Below, in pieces: positions 9,179 to 18,746 of a stretch of 64,000 nt of DNA. Source of the stretch: Candidatus Latescibacterota bacterium (GTDB lineage: Bacteria > Latescibacterota > UBA2968); NCBI GenBank assembly GCA_965204375.1, contig OZ241986.1, positions 1,952,001 through 2,016,000 of the forward strand, read 5' to 3'. Numbering within the stretch: the first letter of the stretch is position 1; each line of letters begins with the position of its first letter. Below the pieces are notes generated by a model. The model made no database searches, was not told the DNA's origin, and was given only the letters and a program-made list of their open reading frames with translations. A program made the position numbers and the translations under genes.

Positions 9179-10091
9179 ATGTGTGACAGCAATAGTGGTC
9201 AACTGGAATGCCGGAGAAAATCTGGCACAGTGCATTGCCGCATTAATCAATCAAGAAGGAATAGATCTCGATGTGGTCGTAGTCGATAACGCATCGTCTG
9301 ACAACAGCCTGGAGACATTGGAAACTTATGGTGATCGCGTGCGCGTGATTCAAACCGGCGCAAATCTGGGATTTGGGCGTGCCGTGAACCGCGGCGTAGC
9401 TGTCTCGCACAGCGCGATTGTCGTAGCCTTAAATCCCGATGTCGTGTTACAACCAGATGCGGTGAATACAATGGTCGAATTTTTGAACACACACGCCAAT
9501 GTGGGCATGGTGGGTCCGAAGCTTAAAGACGCGGATGGACGGGTGATCGCCTCTTGCGGTGAAGCACCCAGACTCAGAGATGAAATCTGTCGTAAATTCC
9601 TATTGCATCTAATATTTCCATTGCTTAAATTTCGGCGACGAAGGCCCTCCAAACCCGAAGCTGTCGTCTGGGTAACCGGAGCGTGTTTCGCGGTTCGTCG
9701 CCGCGCGCTGGATGCTGTCAACGGGTTGGACGAGGCCATTTTTATGTATTACGAAGATGTAGATCTCGGCCTGTGCATCAACAGTGCTGGCTGGCAGGTC
9801 ATGTATTTGCCCCACGCCGAAGGCATACACATCGGGGGCGAAAGTTCCAAACAGGCATTGACGCGGATGCTCGTGGTCAGTGAAGCGTCTTATGCCTATT
9901 TTATTGCCAAACACCTGGGGCAATGGGCCGCGCGCTTGCTCAGGCTCCTCCGTCCCATTGAAATGACATTGCGAACATTGCTCTGGGGAAGTGTATTTTT
10001 ACTCGCCTACAGCCGTCGCACAGAGGCGCGAGCGCGTTTGCGGGCTTACTGGTTTATCCTAACTCACGGTGCTGTGGAGGAAGGTCCATGA
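9171..10091 (+). CDS. Glycosyltransferase family 2
   Basis: VVNWN, VVDNASSD, NLGFG, LNPD, FMYYEDVDL. Confidence 0.92.
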   Translation: MPECVTAIVVNWNAGENLAQCIAALINQEGIDLDVVVVDNASSDNSLETLETYGDRVRVIQTGANLGFGRAVNRGVAVSHSAIVVALNPDVVLQPDAVNTMVEFLNTHANVGMVGPKLKDADGRVIASCGEAPRLRDEICRKFLLHLIFPLLKFRRRRPSKPEAVVWVTGACFAVRRRALDAVNGLDEAIFMYYEDVDLGLCINSAGWQVMYLPHAEGIHIGGESSKQALTRMLVVSEASYAYFIAKHLGQWAARLLRLLRPIEMTLRTLLWGSVFLLAYSRRTEARARLRAYWFILTHGAVEEGP

Positions 10092-11200
10092 TTCCCATTT
10101 TTCGTCCCTGGTTTGACGACGCAGAAGTCGAAGCTGTCCGCGAGGTATTGATGTCCGGTTGGGTTGGTCCCGGGGAAAAAGTCGAAGAACTCGAAACGCG
10201 ATTTGCCCATTATGTGGGGGCACAACACGCGGTATCTCTCAACTCGTGCTCTGCAGCCCTTCTATTGGCTTTGAAGATACTGGATGTAGAGGGAGGCGAG
10301 GTCATTACCACACCGCTGACCTTTGTCTCGACCAATCACGCAATTTTGCAAAACGGAGCCACGCCAGTGTTTTGCGACATCGATCCCGAAACACTCAATA
10401 TCGATCCAAAAGCAATTGCCGCTAAAATCACGGCACGCACCCGAGCGATTATGGTGGTGCATTTTGCCGGGCACCCTTGCGACATGGATGAGATTCTATC
10501 CCTCGCAAACCAGCGCGGAATCCCGGTTATAGAAGACGCCGCCCATGCCAGCGGCGCGCGTTACAAAGATCGGATGATCGGCGGTGTAGGCACAGTGACG
10601 TGTTTTAGTTTTGACGCACGCAAAAATTTGTCAACCTGTGACGGTGGAATGTTGACCACCAATAATTCAGACCTCGCCGAACGCGCGCGAAAATTGCGCT
10701 GGATGGGCATTTCGCGCGGCACTTATGATCGTTTTCGAAAAAATGGCGCAGAGCGCCGATGGGAATACGAAGTGGGCGAACTCGGCTATAAATGCTATAT
10801 GAACGATCTCAATGCGGCAATTGGGCTGGTGCAATTGGGCAAATTGGAGTCAGCCAATGCACAACGTCGAGAGATTTTTTTGGAATACGGACGTGCATTT
10901 GCCGCCCTCGACTGGATGCAAACACCTGTAGAAAAACCCCATGTTCGCAGTGCAATGCACGCTTATGTGGCACGCGTGTCCCAACGCGATGAATTGATAG
11001 ATCATCTGGGGCAACACAACATCGATGCGGGCGTACACTACAAACCCTGCCATTTATTTGAAGTGTACAAACCCTATCGCACAGACTTGCCTGTCACCGA
11101 TGCCGTGTGGCGCGATCTGATCACGCTGCCCCTATTTCCAAGCATGACCGAAAACGAAATTGGACAAGTCATCGCAGCAGTAAAGAAGTTTGAAGTCTGA
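10088..11200 (+). CDS. DegT/DnrJ/EryC1/StrS-family sugar aminotransferase
   Basis: IEDAAHA, FSFDARKNL (PLP lysine), GGML, LPLFP. Confidence 0.93.
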   Translation: MIPIFRPWFDDAEVEAVREVLMSGWVGPGEKVEELETRFAHYVGAQHAVSLNSCSAALLLALKILDVEGGEVITTPLTFVSTNHAILQNGATPVFCDIDPETLNIDPKAIAAKITARTRAIMVVHFAGHPCDMDEILSLANQRGIPVIEDAAHASGARYKDRMIGGVGTVTCFSFDARKNLSTCDGGMLTTNNSDLAERARKLRWMGISRGTYDRFRKNGAERRWEYEVGELGYKCYMNDLNAAIGLVQLGKLESANAQRREIFLEYGRAFAALDWMQTPVEKPHVRSAMHAYVARVSQRDELIDHLGQHNIDAGVHYKPCHLFEVYKPYRTDLPVTDAVWRDLITLPLFPSMTENEIGQVIAAVKKFEV

Positions 11201-11255
11201 AGTTTGAAATCCACCCTTCACCGCCCGAGACTGTTGCCTCACCCTTCACACTTCT

Positions 11256-12848
11256 ATGACGCCTGTTATCTTATTCGGTATTACCGCGGTTTTAGCGGCT
11301 TTATTCACGGCGGTTGTGCGTATAATTGCGCGCCGTTTTGCTGCACCCGACGCGCCTGTTTCAACTCTGGGCGGTACAGCTTTGCTGGCCGCTCTTTTTT
11401 GTGGCTTTTGGTTTTTGCCCCAGCCCCCTTTGGGCCTCGTCATCGGTGCTGTAGGAATGGCACTCATCGGCATTTTAGACGACTGGAAGCCTTTTGCACC
11501 GCTGCACAAATTTGCGTTGACCCTTGTAGCTGCAGGCATTGCCGCCTGGCTCGGCCCGCGTATCCATCTCACAAATATTATCTGGATAGATGGATCCCTG
11601 ACTGCGTTGTGGATGGTCTGGATGTGCCATGCATTCAATGTTCTGGACATGGAAGACGGTCTTTCCTCAGGTAGTGGAACCATTGCTTCGCTGAGTTTGT
11701 GGGTGATAAATGCAGGCGATTGGGCACTCGTAACAGCGGGTGCACTCACGGGGTATTTGCTACACAATTTTCATCCCGCCCGCATCCTGATGGGCGACAC
11801 CGGAAGCCTGTTAATTGGCTTTTTGCTCAGTAGTATGGCTGTAGTTGTCGCAAATCATATTGGCGGTCTCCTGGGCGTTATCGGACCTTTGATCGCCTTG
11901 GGATTACCCATCTTTGAAGCAGTATTTATCAGTGCGGTCCGATTTGCCAAAGGCCGGTCCATTGTCCGACCCAGCCGGGATCACGTTGCACAGCGGTTGG
12001 TACAATGGGGACTACCAGTGCGTGCAGCAGTCGCTCTGATGTGGCTGACAGGCGTAATTTTGGGTACTCTGGCTCTCGTGTTCGCGTTAGGACATTGGAT
12101 TAGTTTGGTTGGCGTTGCGTGCCTCGCCATTGGTGCGTGGAAGGGATTGTCGCGTGTAGATATGGAAAGCGATGGATGCGATGGACGCCCGGTCGGCCTA
12201 TTTGGCAAAAACTGGTTGATTCACCGCATAATGCGTCAGACAATGGACGAAGTAAAGGAGATGGTGAATGGAAAATTGCTGGATGTGGGGTGTGGCAATA
12301 AACCCTATGCCAGTATTTTTGAGGCACCCGAGCAACAATACATCGGTCTGGAAAAAGGGCGCGAACGATATGAACGCGCCGACGTGTGGGGCGATGTATT
12401 GGCCCTCCCCTTCCGCGATGGAACTTGCGGTACCGTGTTGTGCAATCAGGTCCTGGAACATGTGCCGCAGCCCCAATTGGCGATTGACGAAATGGCGCGC
12501 GTATTGCGACCGGGTGGCTATTTAATTCTCACCGCACCCCATATTTGGGGCTTGCACGAAGTCCCCCACGATTATTTTCGCTTTACGCCCTATGGCTTGC
12601 GCCATCTCGCTGAGAAATCGGGCCTGACGGTCCATACAACGCGCGCACTTGCGGGATTTTGGGTCACAGCCGGGACGCGATTCTGTTATTATCTGGCGCG
12701 TTTTGAACGCGGTCCTCTAATCCCCTTTGTGCGCATTGGATTTTTTATCGTCCAACTCGGTGCTCTATTTTTAGATCGCTTGCACCGCGTGGAGAGCGAG
12801 GCGTGGAATTTTTTGCTCATCGCACAAAAGGACTTATCCCATGAGTGA
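11256..12848 (+). CDS. Fusion of a WecA/MraY-like (Glycos_transf_4) membrane domain and a class I SAM-dependent methyltransferase
   Basis: N-half: GILDD, FNVLDMEDGL, NFHPARILMGDTGS. C-half: LLDVGCG, QVLEHV, RVLRPGG, PHDYFRFT. Single uninterrupted frame. Confidence 0.85.
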   Translation: MTPVILFGITAVLAALFTAVVRIIARRFAAPDAPVSTLGGTALLAALFCGFWFLPQPPLGLVIGAVGMALIGILDDWKPFAPLHKFALTLVAAGIAAWLGPRIHLTNIIWIDGSLTALWMVWMCHAFNVLDMEDGLSSGSGTIASLSLWVINAGDWALVTAGALTGYLLHNFHPARILMGDTGSLLIGFLLSSMAVVVANHIGGLLGVIGPLIALGLPIFEAVFISAVRFAKGRSIVRPSRDHVAQRLVQWGLPVRAAVALMWLTGVILGTLALVFALGHWISLVGVACLAIGAWKGLSRVDMESDGCDGRPVGLFGKNWLIHRIMRQTMDEVKEMVNGKLLDVGCGNKPYASIFEAPEQQYIGLEKGRERYERADVWGDVLALPFRDGTCGTVLCNQVLEHVPQPQLAIDEMARVLRPGGYLILTAPHIWGLHEVPHDYFRFTPYGLRHLAEKSGLTVHTTRALAGFWVTAGTRFCYYLARFERGPLIPFVRIGFFIVQLGALFLDRLHRVESEAWNFLLIAQKDLSHE

Positions 12849-14964
12849 TTTTATCGCGTCCATCAAAGCCGATTTTAATAAGTGGGCCCCAGTTATACAC
12901 CAGGCGATTGTGAAGCACTATTTCACATCTATCATCATACTGGTCATCTTATTTGCATTTATCCTTCGATATTTCCAACTAAACGTCGGTTTGCCCTATT
13001 TGTATTTCTGGGATGAACCACTCACGGCCAGCAACGCGCTTCAGATGATAAAAACGGGGGATTACAACCCCCATTTTTTTAAGTACGGTTCTCTGATGAT
13101 TTATTTGAACCTGCTGATCGATCAGTTATACCGTATTTATCTCACAGGCGACTTGGCAAGCGTAGCAAATATACGCATTGAAGCCGACACCGGTTGGCAC
13201 TGGACGATATCTCATCCGAGCTTTTATTTTTGGAATCGTTTTTTGACCGCCACAATGGGCACCGCAACAGTATTTATCACATATTTAATTAGCAGGTCGA
13301 TATGCAACAGATGGACGGGCATCATATCGGCCTTTTTTTTGTCTATTCTCCCGATCCACATAGTTCATTCGGGTTTTGTAACAATGGACGCGCCAGTCGC
13401 CCTGTTTGTCTCGTTTGTCGCCCTATTCTCCATTTTGTTTATCGCAGAAAAAGAAATCATCTATTTCATATTGAGTTTAATATGTGTCGGATTTGCCACA
13501 GCGACAAAATACAATTCGGGCCTGGTAATTTTGCTCCCCATTGCATCGCTAATTTGGATGTCTTATCGGGATGGAATCCCGCGCCAAAAATTTTATTGGC
13601 TCGCGCTCGCGGTTCCATGCCTGCCTGCAGTGACCTTCTTTCTCTCTATGCCCTATGCAATTCTCGACTTCCCAAATTTTATTAAGGATGTCTTACACCA
13701 GATTAATTACTACAAAACCACGGGACACCCCGGCGCAACAATCAACCTTGGATGGGATTATTTTGCATTTCAGATGCGAGAATTTTACCAAAACATTGGG
13801 CTGATAGGCACCATCCTGTTTGCAATCGGTCTGGCAGGAACAATTTCCCGGCCCGCATTGCTCCTGATCTTATTATTCCCTGTGAGTTATCTTGTATTTA
13901 TGAGCGGTATGACCGTCAACTTTCACAGAAATTTTATACAGGTGTATCCATTTATCGCCATCTTTACCGGTGTTGCATTTTACAATCTGCAGGCGGCATT
14001 GAAGCGCTTTTATCCAAACCTCAAAAAGCCAATTCCGATTATATGTCTCGCAGCCGCGCTCGTTTTACTGCCGCGAGCTTATGACGCCTATCAAACGGGC
14101 AGGGTATTGCACAACACCAGAGATACCAGAAGCACAGTCATAGATACGCTCAACGCAATGGAAGATGTACAAGAAGTCGTCTTTGCCAGAGAACTACGGG
14201 TTCACGAACAAGACCTCGACAGATTAAAATACGACTATGCGATACAGCCCATCGAAATAATGAGCGCAGAACAAAATAGGGATGGCGTACACTATGTCTT
14301 GCCAGCCAAAATATCTCAGATTTACACTTATCACCAGGAGGAAATACAGACCAAACAAGCAATCATCGACAAAATCCCTGGCGAACATATTCTGCAATAC
14401 ATCAACAACAATTACATCGGTCAAAATATTGGAAAGGATTACATCAAACAAAATGCCGCAACCATGCTCGATGTATTTTCCACGAGTCCCTCGCTGATCA
14501 TCGCAAATCAGATACCGCACGAACCGTTGCATCCCAGCACTATTGCATTTGACACCTGCAAGCTATCTCCCACAGGCGTACAAATCAACATCCGCAATAC
14601 CGCAACACTCCGCGATGGCGTCATAACAACCCCGGCTTACGACCTGAAACGCGGGAAATACCTGTTCACATTTCAAGCAAATAAACCTGCGGCACCAGAA
14701 CGCTCCCAGAGCTTTATTTTTGGAGAATACGAAGCAAGCATCACCGTAAAACGCCTGAGTGCATTCCGCGAACAGGCGAGCATCAGAGTTTCGATCTTTG
14801 CGGACCAGACACTCTTAATACAACAAATATTCATCCCCCCAAAGAACTTCGCTCAAATGGACGCCTTTTTTTCGATCGAAAAAAACCAGCGCGTTTCAGT
14901 CAAAATAGAAAATCTCCATCCTGTAGAAACAACGGTTAAGCAACTGAAAATTTTGGCTTTGTAA
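12841..14964 (+). CDS. GT-C fold membrane glycosyltransferase with large extracytoplasmic C-terminal domain
   Basis: WDEP motif, PHFFKYG, ATKY, many TM segments then about 290 soluble residues; visibly AT-richer than neighbours. Confidence 0.75.
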   Translation: MSDFIASIKADFNKWAPVIHQAIVKHYFTSIIILVILFAFILRYFQLNVGLPYLYFWDEPLTASNALQMIKTGDYNPHFFKYGSLMIYLNLLIDQLYRIYLTGDLASVANIRIEADTGWHWTISHPSFYFWNRFLTATMGTATVFITYLISRSICNRWTGIISAFFLSILPIHIVHSGFVTMDAPVALFVSFVALFSILFIAEKEIIYFILSLICVGFATATKYNSGLVILLPIASLIWMSYRDGIPRQKFYWLALAVPCLPAVTFFLSMPYAILDFPNFIKDVLHQINYYKTTGHPGATINLGWDYFAFQMREFYQNIGLIGTILFAIGLAGTISRPALLLILLFPVSYLVFMSGMTVNFHRNFIQVYPFIAIFTGVAFYNLQAALKRFYPNLKKPIPIICLAAALVLLPRAYDAYQTGRVLHNTRDTRSTVIDTLNAMEDVQEVVFARELRVHEQDLDRLKYDYAIQPIEIMSAEQNRDGVHYVLPAKISQIYTYHQEEIQTKQAIIDKIPGEHILQYINNNYIGQNIGKDYIKQNAATMLDVFSTSPSLIIANQIPHEPLHPSTIAFDTCKLSPTGVQINIRNTATLRDGVITTPAYDLKRGKYLFTFQANKPAAPERSQSFIFGEYEASITVKRLSAFREQASIRVSIFADQTLLIQQIFIPPKNFAQMDAFFSIEKNQRVSVKIENLHPVETTVKQLKILAL

Positions 14965-15138
14965 AATTTTCAAACTGTTGTAAAAATTCACACCTGTGCC
15001 ATAGCGTCACATATCCCGCCTTTTTTATATTGATTATATCCTATTGTAATTAAACAACTTAAAATAATTCATCCCAATTGGCACGCTATTTGCATAACAC
15101 TTTTACCGCACGCAAAAACCTCAACGGAGAAAAGTGCG

Positions 15139-16497
15139 GTGAAAACAATTTACTACACAGTGCTTTTGCTAACCGTCTCGCTACACGGCTGCACCACCTA
15201 TTCTCACTTTTCGGGCGACTTTCGCACGAGCCTGCGCGCGCGCAACTACGAAGACGCCCGTGCAAAAATCAAAAAGTCAAAAAAAAGAGGCAACCAATTG
15301 CTCTATCTCCTCGAAAATGGCCTCCTCACCCACTATCAGGGCCACTACGAAACATCCAACCGCTATTTTGCCGAAGCCGAGCGGCTGTCAGATCGGCTCT
15401 ATACCCGCTCGGTTTCCCGAGAAGCCGCCGCATTTTTGACCAACGACGCCATACGCAACTACCGCGGCGACAGCTTTGAAATGGTCGCCGTTCACTACTA
15501 TCGTGCGCTGAATTACTGGTACCTGGGCCTCCCTGAAGACGCCCTTGTCGAATGCCGAAAAGCCAATTTGAAACTCGACCAATACGCCATTCACAATGGA
15601 CAGGCAAGTTACAAAAATGACGCCTTCATTCACTACATCACCGGCCTGTTCTACGAAGCTACCGGCGAATTCAACGACGCCCGCGTCTCCTATCAACACG
15701 CCCAAGACGCCTATTCATACTACAAAAAAAAGTTCCACACTGCTCCACCTCAAACCATCGCCGAAGACCTCAATCATGTAGATGCCATTCTCAACGGTGA
15801 GGGCGCCGACATGCGCTTTGCCTCGCTCAACATCCTGCCCTTTGTACCGCCTGTGGGCAATGGCGAACTCGTGATCTTTTCTGAAATCGGCTTTATCCCC
15901 CGCAAAGTGCAAGAGGAAATAGATCTCCCCATTTACGAAGAAGACATCAAACACAGCAAGGACGACAAAGTATCTTCCATCGCTACTGAAATCTCACGCC
16001 GTCGCCACCGCGTATATCCCATTCGCGACGTCGAATACTGGTTGCGCGTCGTCCTTCCCAAATACGAAGCCATCGCCCCGCGCACAAAACGCATTCGTAT
16101 CCGTACAGGGAACCACGCGGTCCAAACGCAGATCGCCCAAAATTACGCCGCGATAGCAAAAACATCGCTCCAGGATCACTACCCGAGGATTATGATCAGA
16201 ACAATTGCACGCGGGCTTGTGAAATACATAGCCCACCGAGAGGCCAAAGACGAAAATGAAATCCTCGGTTTCTTCGTCAACCTGTTCAACATCTCAACCG
16301 AAATCGCCGACACGCGCAGTTGGGTCTCATTGCCCCACAATATTCAAATCGGCCGCCTCGAACTGCCACCCGGCATCCACACCATCACACTCGAAGCACT
16401 CGACGCCAACGGCCGCATTATCGAAACCGAAACATTTACCAACATCGAAATCAAACCCGGTCAACGCACGTTCTTGAATCACAGAGTTTACCAATAA
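15139..16497 (+). CDS. TPR-like lipoprotein (COG3014-like)
   Basis: Lipobox LHGC, YRGDSFE...ALNY, ADTRSW.LP motif; GTG start with GGAG RBS. Confidence 0.75.
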   Translation: MKTIYYTVLLLTVSLHGCTTYSHFSGDFRTSLRARNYEDARAKIKKSKKRGNQLLYLLENGLLTHYQGHYETSNRYFAEAERLSDRLYTRSVSREAAAFLTNDAIRNYRGDSFEMVAVHYYRALNYWYLGLPEDALVECRKANLKLDQYAIHNGQASYKNDAFIHYITGLFYEATGEFNDARVSYQHAQDAYSYYKKKFHTAPPQTIAEDLNHVDAILNGEGADMRFASLNILPFVPPVGNGELVIFSEIGFIPRKVQEEIDLPIYEEDIKHSKDDKVSSIATEISRRRHRVYPIRDVEYWLRVVLPKYEAIAPRTKRIRIRTGNHAVQTQIAQNYAAIAKTSLQDHYPRIMIRTIARGLVKYIAHREAKDENEILGFFVNLFNISTEIADTRSWVSLPHNIQIGRLELPPGIHTITLEALDANGRIIETETFTNIEIKPGQRTFLNHRVYQ

Positions 16498-16516
16498 TTC
16501 CACAAGGAGGAACACA

Positions 16517-17329
16517 ATGAAAATTTCACATCAAAGCCTTATGTTATTCATCGCTCTCAGCCTGTTGGTTTCAACAGCAAACGCGGCGAAACCAGACCTT
16601 CCGCCCACGCGGGGCATTGTTGTCAACCTCGTCGAATGGGACGGCGGAGAATTGCCCGCGGTTTATGAACGCACGGACCAACTTCCCTTCACCCGTGAGG
16701 ACCTGTTGCAATTGGTACAAAGCGACTTCAAACCCGACCAAATCGCACAGATGGTTTCCGAGCGACGATATGCGGGCGATGCGTCTGCCGAAGGGCTGAT
16801 CGCACTGAAGAAAGACGGTATCGAGTCCGTCGTGATACAGGCCATCTCCAAACACGCGCTCGCGCCCAACCAATCGCTCAACCTCACCGTTTACCTGACC
16901 TTTGACGGCATTTCTCAAACGGCGCGCCATCGCTTTCTCTACGTCATAATTCCCGACGGCGAGATCCAGCGCGTCTTCACTGCGGACTTAAACACCGTGC
17001 TCGCCGGGCAATGGAGGCAGGACACCCTGATCGACGCCACAGACCCGTTGCTCCCGCGAAAAATCAGGCGCGTCACCTTCTCGGGAACAATCCCACTAAA
17101 AACACACGGCAGCAAAACTGTTCGGATATTCACATCCTCGCGCCCGGGCATCCATCAAATCGACGAAATACCGGCGATAGACCTCTCGCGGGTTCAAACA
17201 TATCAAATGGACTATCCAGTCAGTTCACCCATTCAAGACTGCCGCGCCTATATCCGCTATAAACAGGATGTCGTGCTGCCGAACAAATGGCACATGATTG
17301 ACACGCGGATGGAATGCGAGTGGCGATAA
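16517..17329 (+). CDS. Secreted hypothetical protein
   Basis: AGGAGG RBS, signal peptide ending ANA, in operon between lipoprotein and LpoB. Confidence 0.7.
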   Translation: MKISHQSLMLFIALSLLVSTANAAKPDLPPTRGIVVNLVEWDGGELPAVYERTDQLPFTREDLLQLVQSDFKPDQIAQMVSERRYAGDASAEGLIALKKDGIESVVIQAISKHALAPNQSLNLTVYLTFDGISQTARHRFLYVIIPDGEIQRVFTADLNTVLAGQWRQDTLIDATDPLLPRKIRRVTFSGTIPLKTHGSKTVRIFTSSRPGIHQIDEIPAIDLSRVQTYQMDYPVSSPIQDCRAYIRYKQDVVLPNKWHMIDTRMECEWR

Positions 17330-17364
17330 GACACGCCTTTCACCTCTCAACAAGGAGACAGACC

Positions 17365-17952
17365 ATGAAACTCATCACCTATGCAGCAATCGTCCTGATC
17401 GGCCTCACAACCGGATGTGCCGGTCCCAGAGCCTTTACAAAAGGGACTTATGAAGATCCCAAAACCATCGCCTTGCTCGACGACCGCTTTAACGAAAACG
17501 ACATGCAACTCATCGCCAAAAAAGTCGTCAATTCAATTCTCGAAGCACCGTTGAACAGGCCCGAACCCGCCATCATGCTCGGCAAAATGCGCAATCGCAC
17601 CACTGAACACATCGACATGGTAGCTCTCTCCGATAAAATCAAAACCGCATTGATCCAGAGCGGCAAAGTGCGCTTTGTCGATGTAACCAACCGCAAAGAC
17701 ATCGCCACAGAATACGAATATCAACAATCGGGCTACGTCGATCTCACACAGGCCAAAGCACCGGGTAAACAGACCGGATCAGACATGATCCTCACGGGCA
17801 CACTCAGCGCGAATGTACAGGAAGTGGGCAAAGACAAACTCATCTACTACAAAGCCACCTTCCAACTGACTGACCTGACCACATCTGAAATTATATGGAC
17901 AGACGAAAAAGAAATCCGCAAAGCCTACAAAAAGCGCAGCATAGGATTGTAA
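17365..17952 (+). CDS. lpoB: Penicillin-binding protein activator LpoB / CsgG-like lipoprotein
   Basis: Lipobox TTGC, NRTTEHID, LIQSGKVRFV, IIWTDEKEIRK. Start reassigned to ATG 17365 (AGGAG). Confidence 0.8.
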   Translation: MKLITYAAIVLIGLTTGCAGPRAFTKGTYEDPKTIALLDDRFNENDMQLIAKKVVNSILEAPLNRPEPAIMLGKMRNRTTEHIDMVALSDKIKTALIQSGKVRFVDVTNRKDIATEYEYQQSGYVDLTQAKAPGKQTGSDMILTGTLSANVQEVGKDKLIYYKATFQLTDLTTSEIIWTDEKEIRKAYKKRSIGL

Positions 17953-18085
17953 TTGCGCTGGAGACCTGAGATTATTAGGTTGGAATTACGAATTGGGAAC
18001 TGAGCAGTAAAAATTAAGGGTTGGGCGGTTGGGTATCCTGCACATCCTTCCATCCTTTAATCCTGATCCAGAAAGGAGCAAAACC

Positions 18086-18631
18086 ATGAAACACCTGTTA
18101 TTCACACTCGCAATCGCCCTGCTTTTGGGGAGCAGTGCCAGCGCGCAAACGGGTCGAACTGATGGGGCAGAAGAAAGCGAATTTGGCAAAGGGGGATACC
18201 CTTTTGGAGGCCCGAACCATCGCGTCTATCTCAACACCGCCTTTGGCTCTGGATTTTTTGACCTGACGGACGTCAACAAAACGCGCACGGGGTTTCTCTA
18301 CGGGATTGAACTCGGCGTCGAAATGGACCAGTGGCTCGGCATTCAGGCGGGCTATAATTATCTTTCCGACCGCGACATGTCCATCTTCAGCCTCGGCTCG
18401 CGTTTCGCCTACGCCTTTGACCCCTTTGTGTACCACGTCTCACTCAATGCCGGGCTATACGCGCCCAATGAAGGCAGTCGCAACTTTGGTCTGGCACCTG
18501 GCGCTGGCATAGACATCGTCCTCCACAAACGGGTGCGTATCGGACTCGACTACAAACACGACTTTATCTTCACCGACAACCGCATCACCGACATGGATCG
18601 GATCTACGCGGGTCTCAAATTCTTCTTTTAA
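18086..18631 (+). CDS. Small outer-membrane beta-barrel protein
   Basis: Signal peptide, alternating beta strands, terminal YAGLKFFF. Start reassigned to ATG 18086. Confidence 0.75.
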   Translation: MKHLLFTLAIALLLGSSASAQTGRTDGAEESEFGKGGYPFGGPNHRVYLNTAFGSGFFDLTDVNKTRTGFLYGIELGVEMDQWLGIQAGYNYLSDRDMSIFSLGSRFAYAFDPFVYHVSLNAGLYAPNEGSRNFGLAPGAGIDIVLHKRVRIGLDYKHDFIFTDNRITDMDRIYAGLKFFF

Positions 18632-18632
18632 A

Positions 18633-18738
18633 CGCGGATGAAGCAGATGACGCGGATAGACGCGGACTAAAAAATGCAAAAGGCGAGAGGCTAATTAGCC
18701 TCTCGCCTTTCTTCGTGTTTCTTGGTGTTTCTTCGTGG
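18633..18738. repeat. Degenerate short-period tandem repeats flanking a terminator (CGCGGATGA-like; CTTCGTGTTT-like)
   Basis: cgcggatgaa gcagatga cgcggataga cgcggact, and cttcgtgttt cttggtgttt cttcgtgg. Confidence 0.7.
18679..18710. terminator. Bidirectional intrinsic terminator
   Basis: Perfect palindrome aaaggcgagaggctaa/ttagcctctcgccttt between convergent genes. Confidence 0.85.
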
Positions 18739-18746
18739 ATCGTCAC

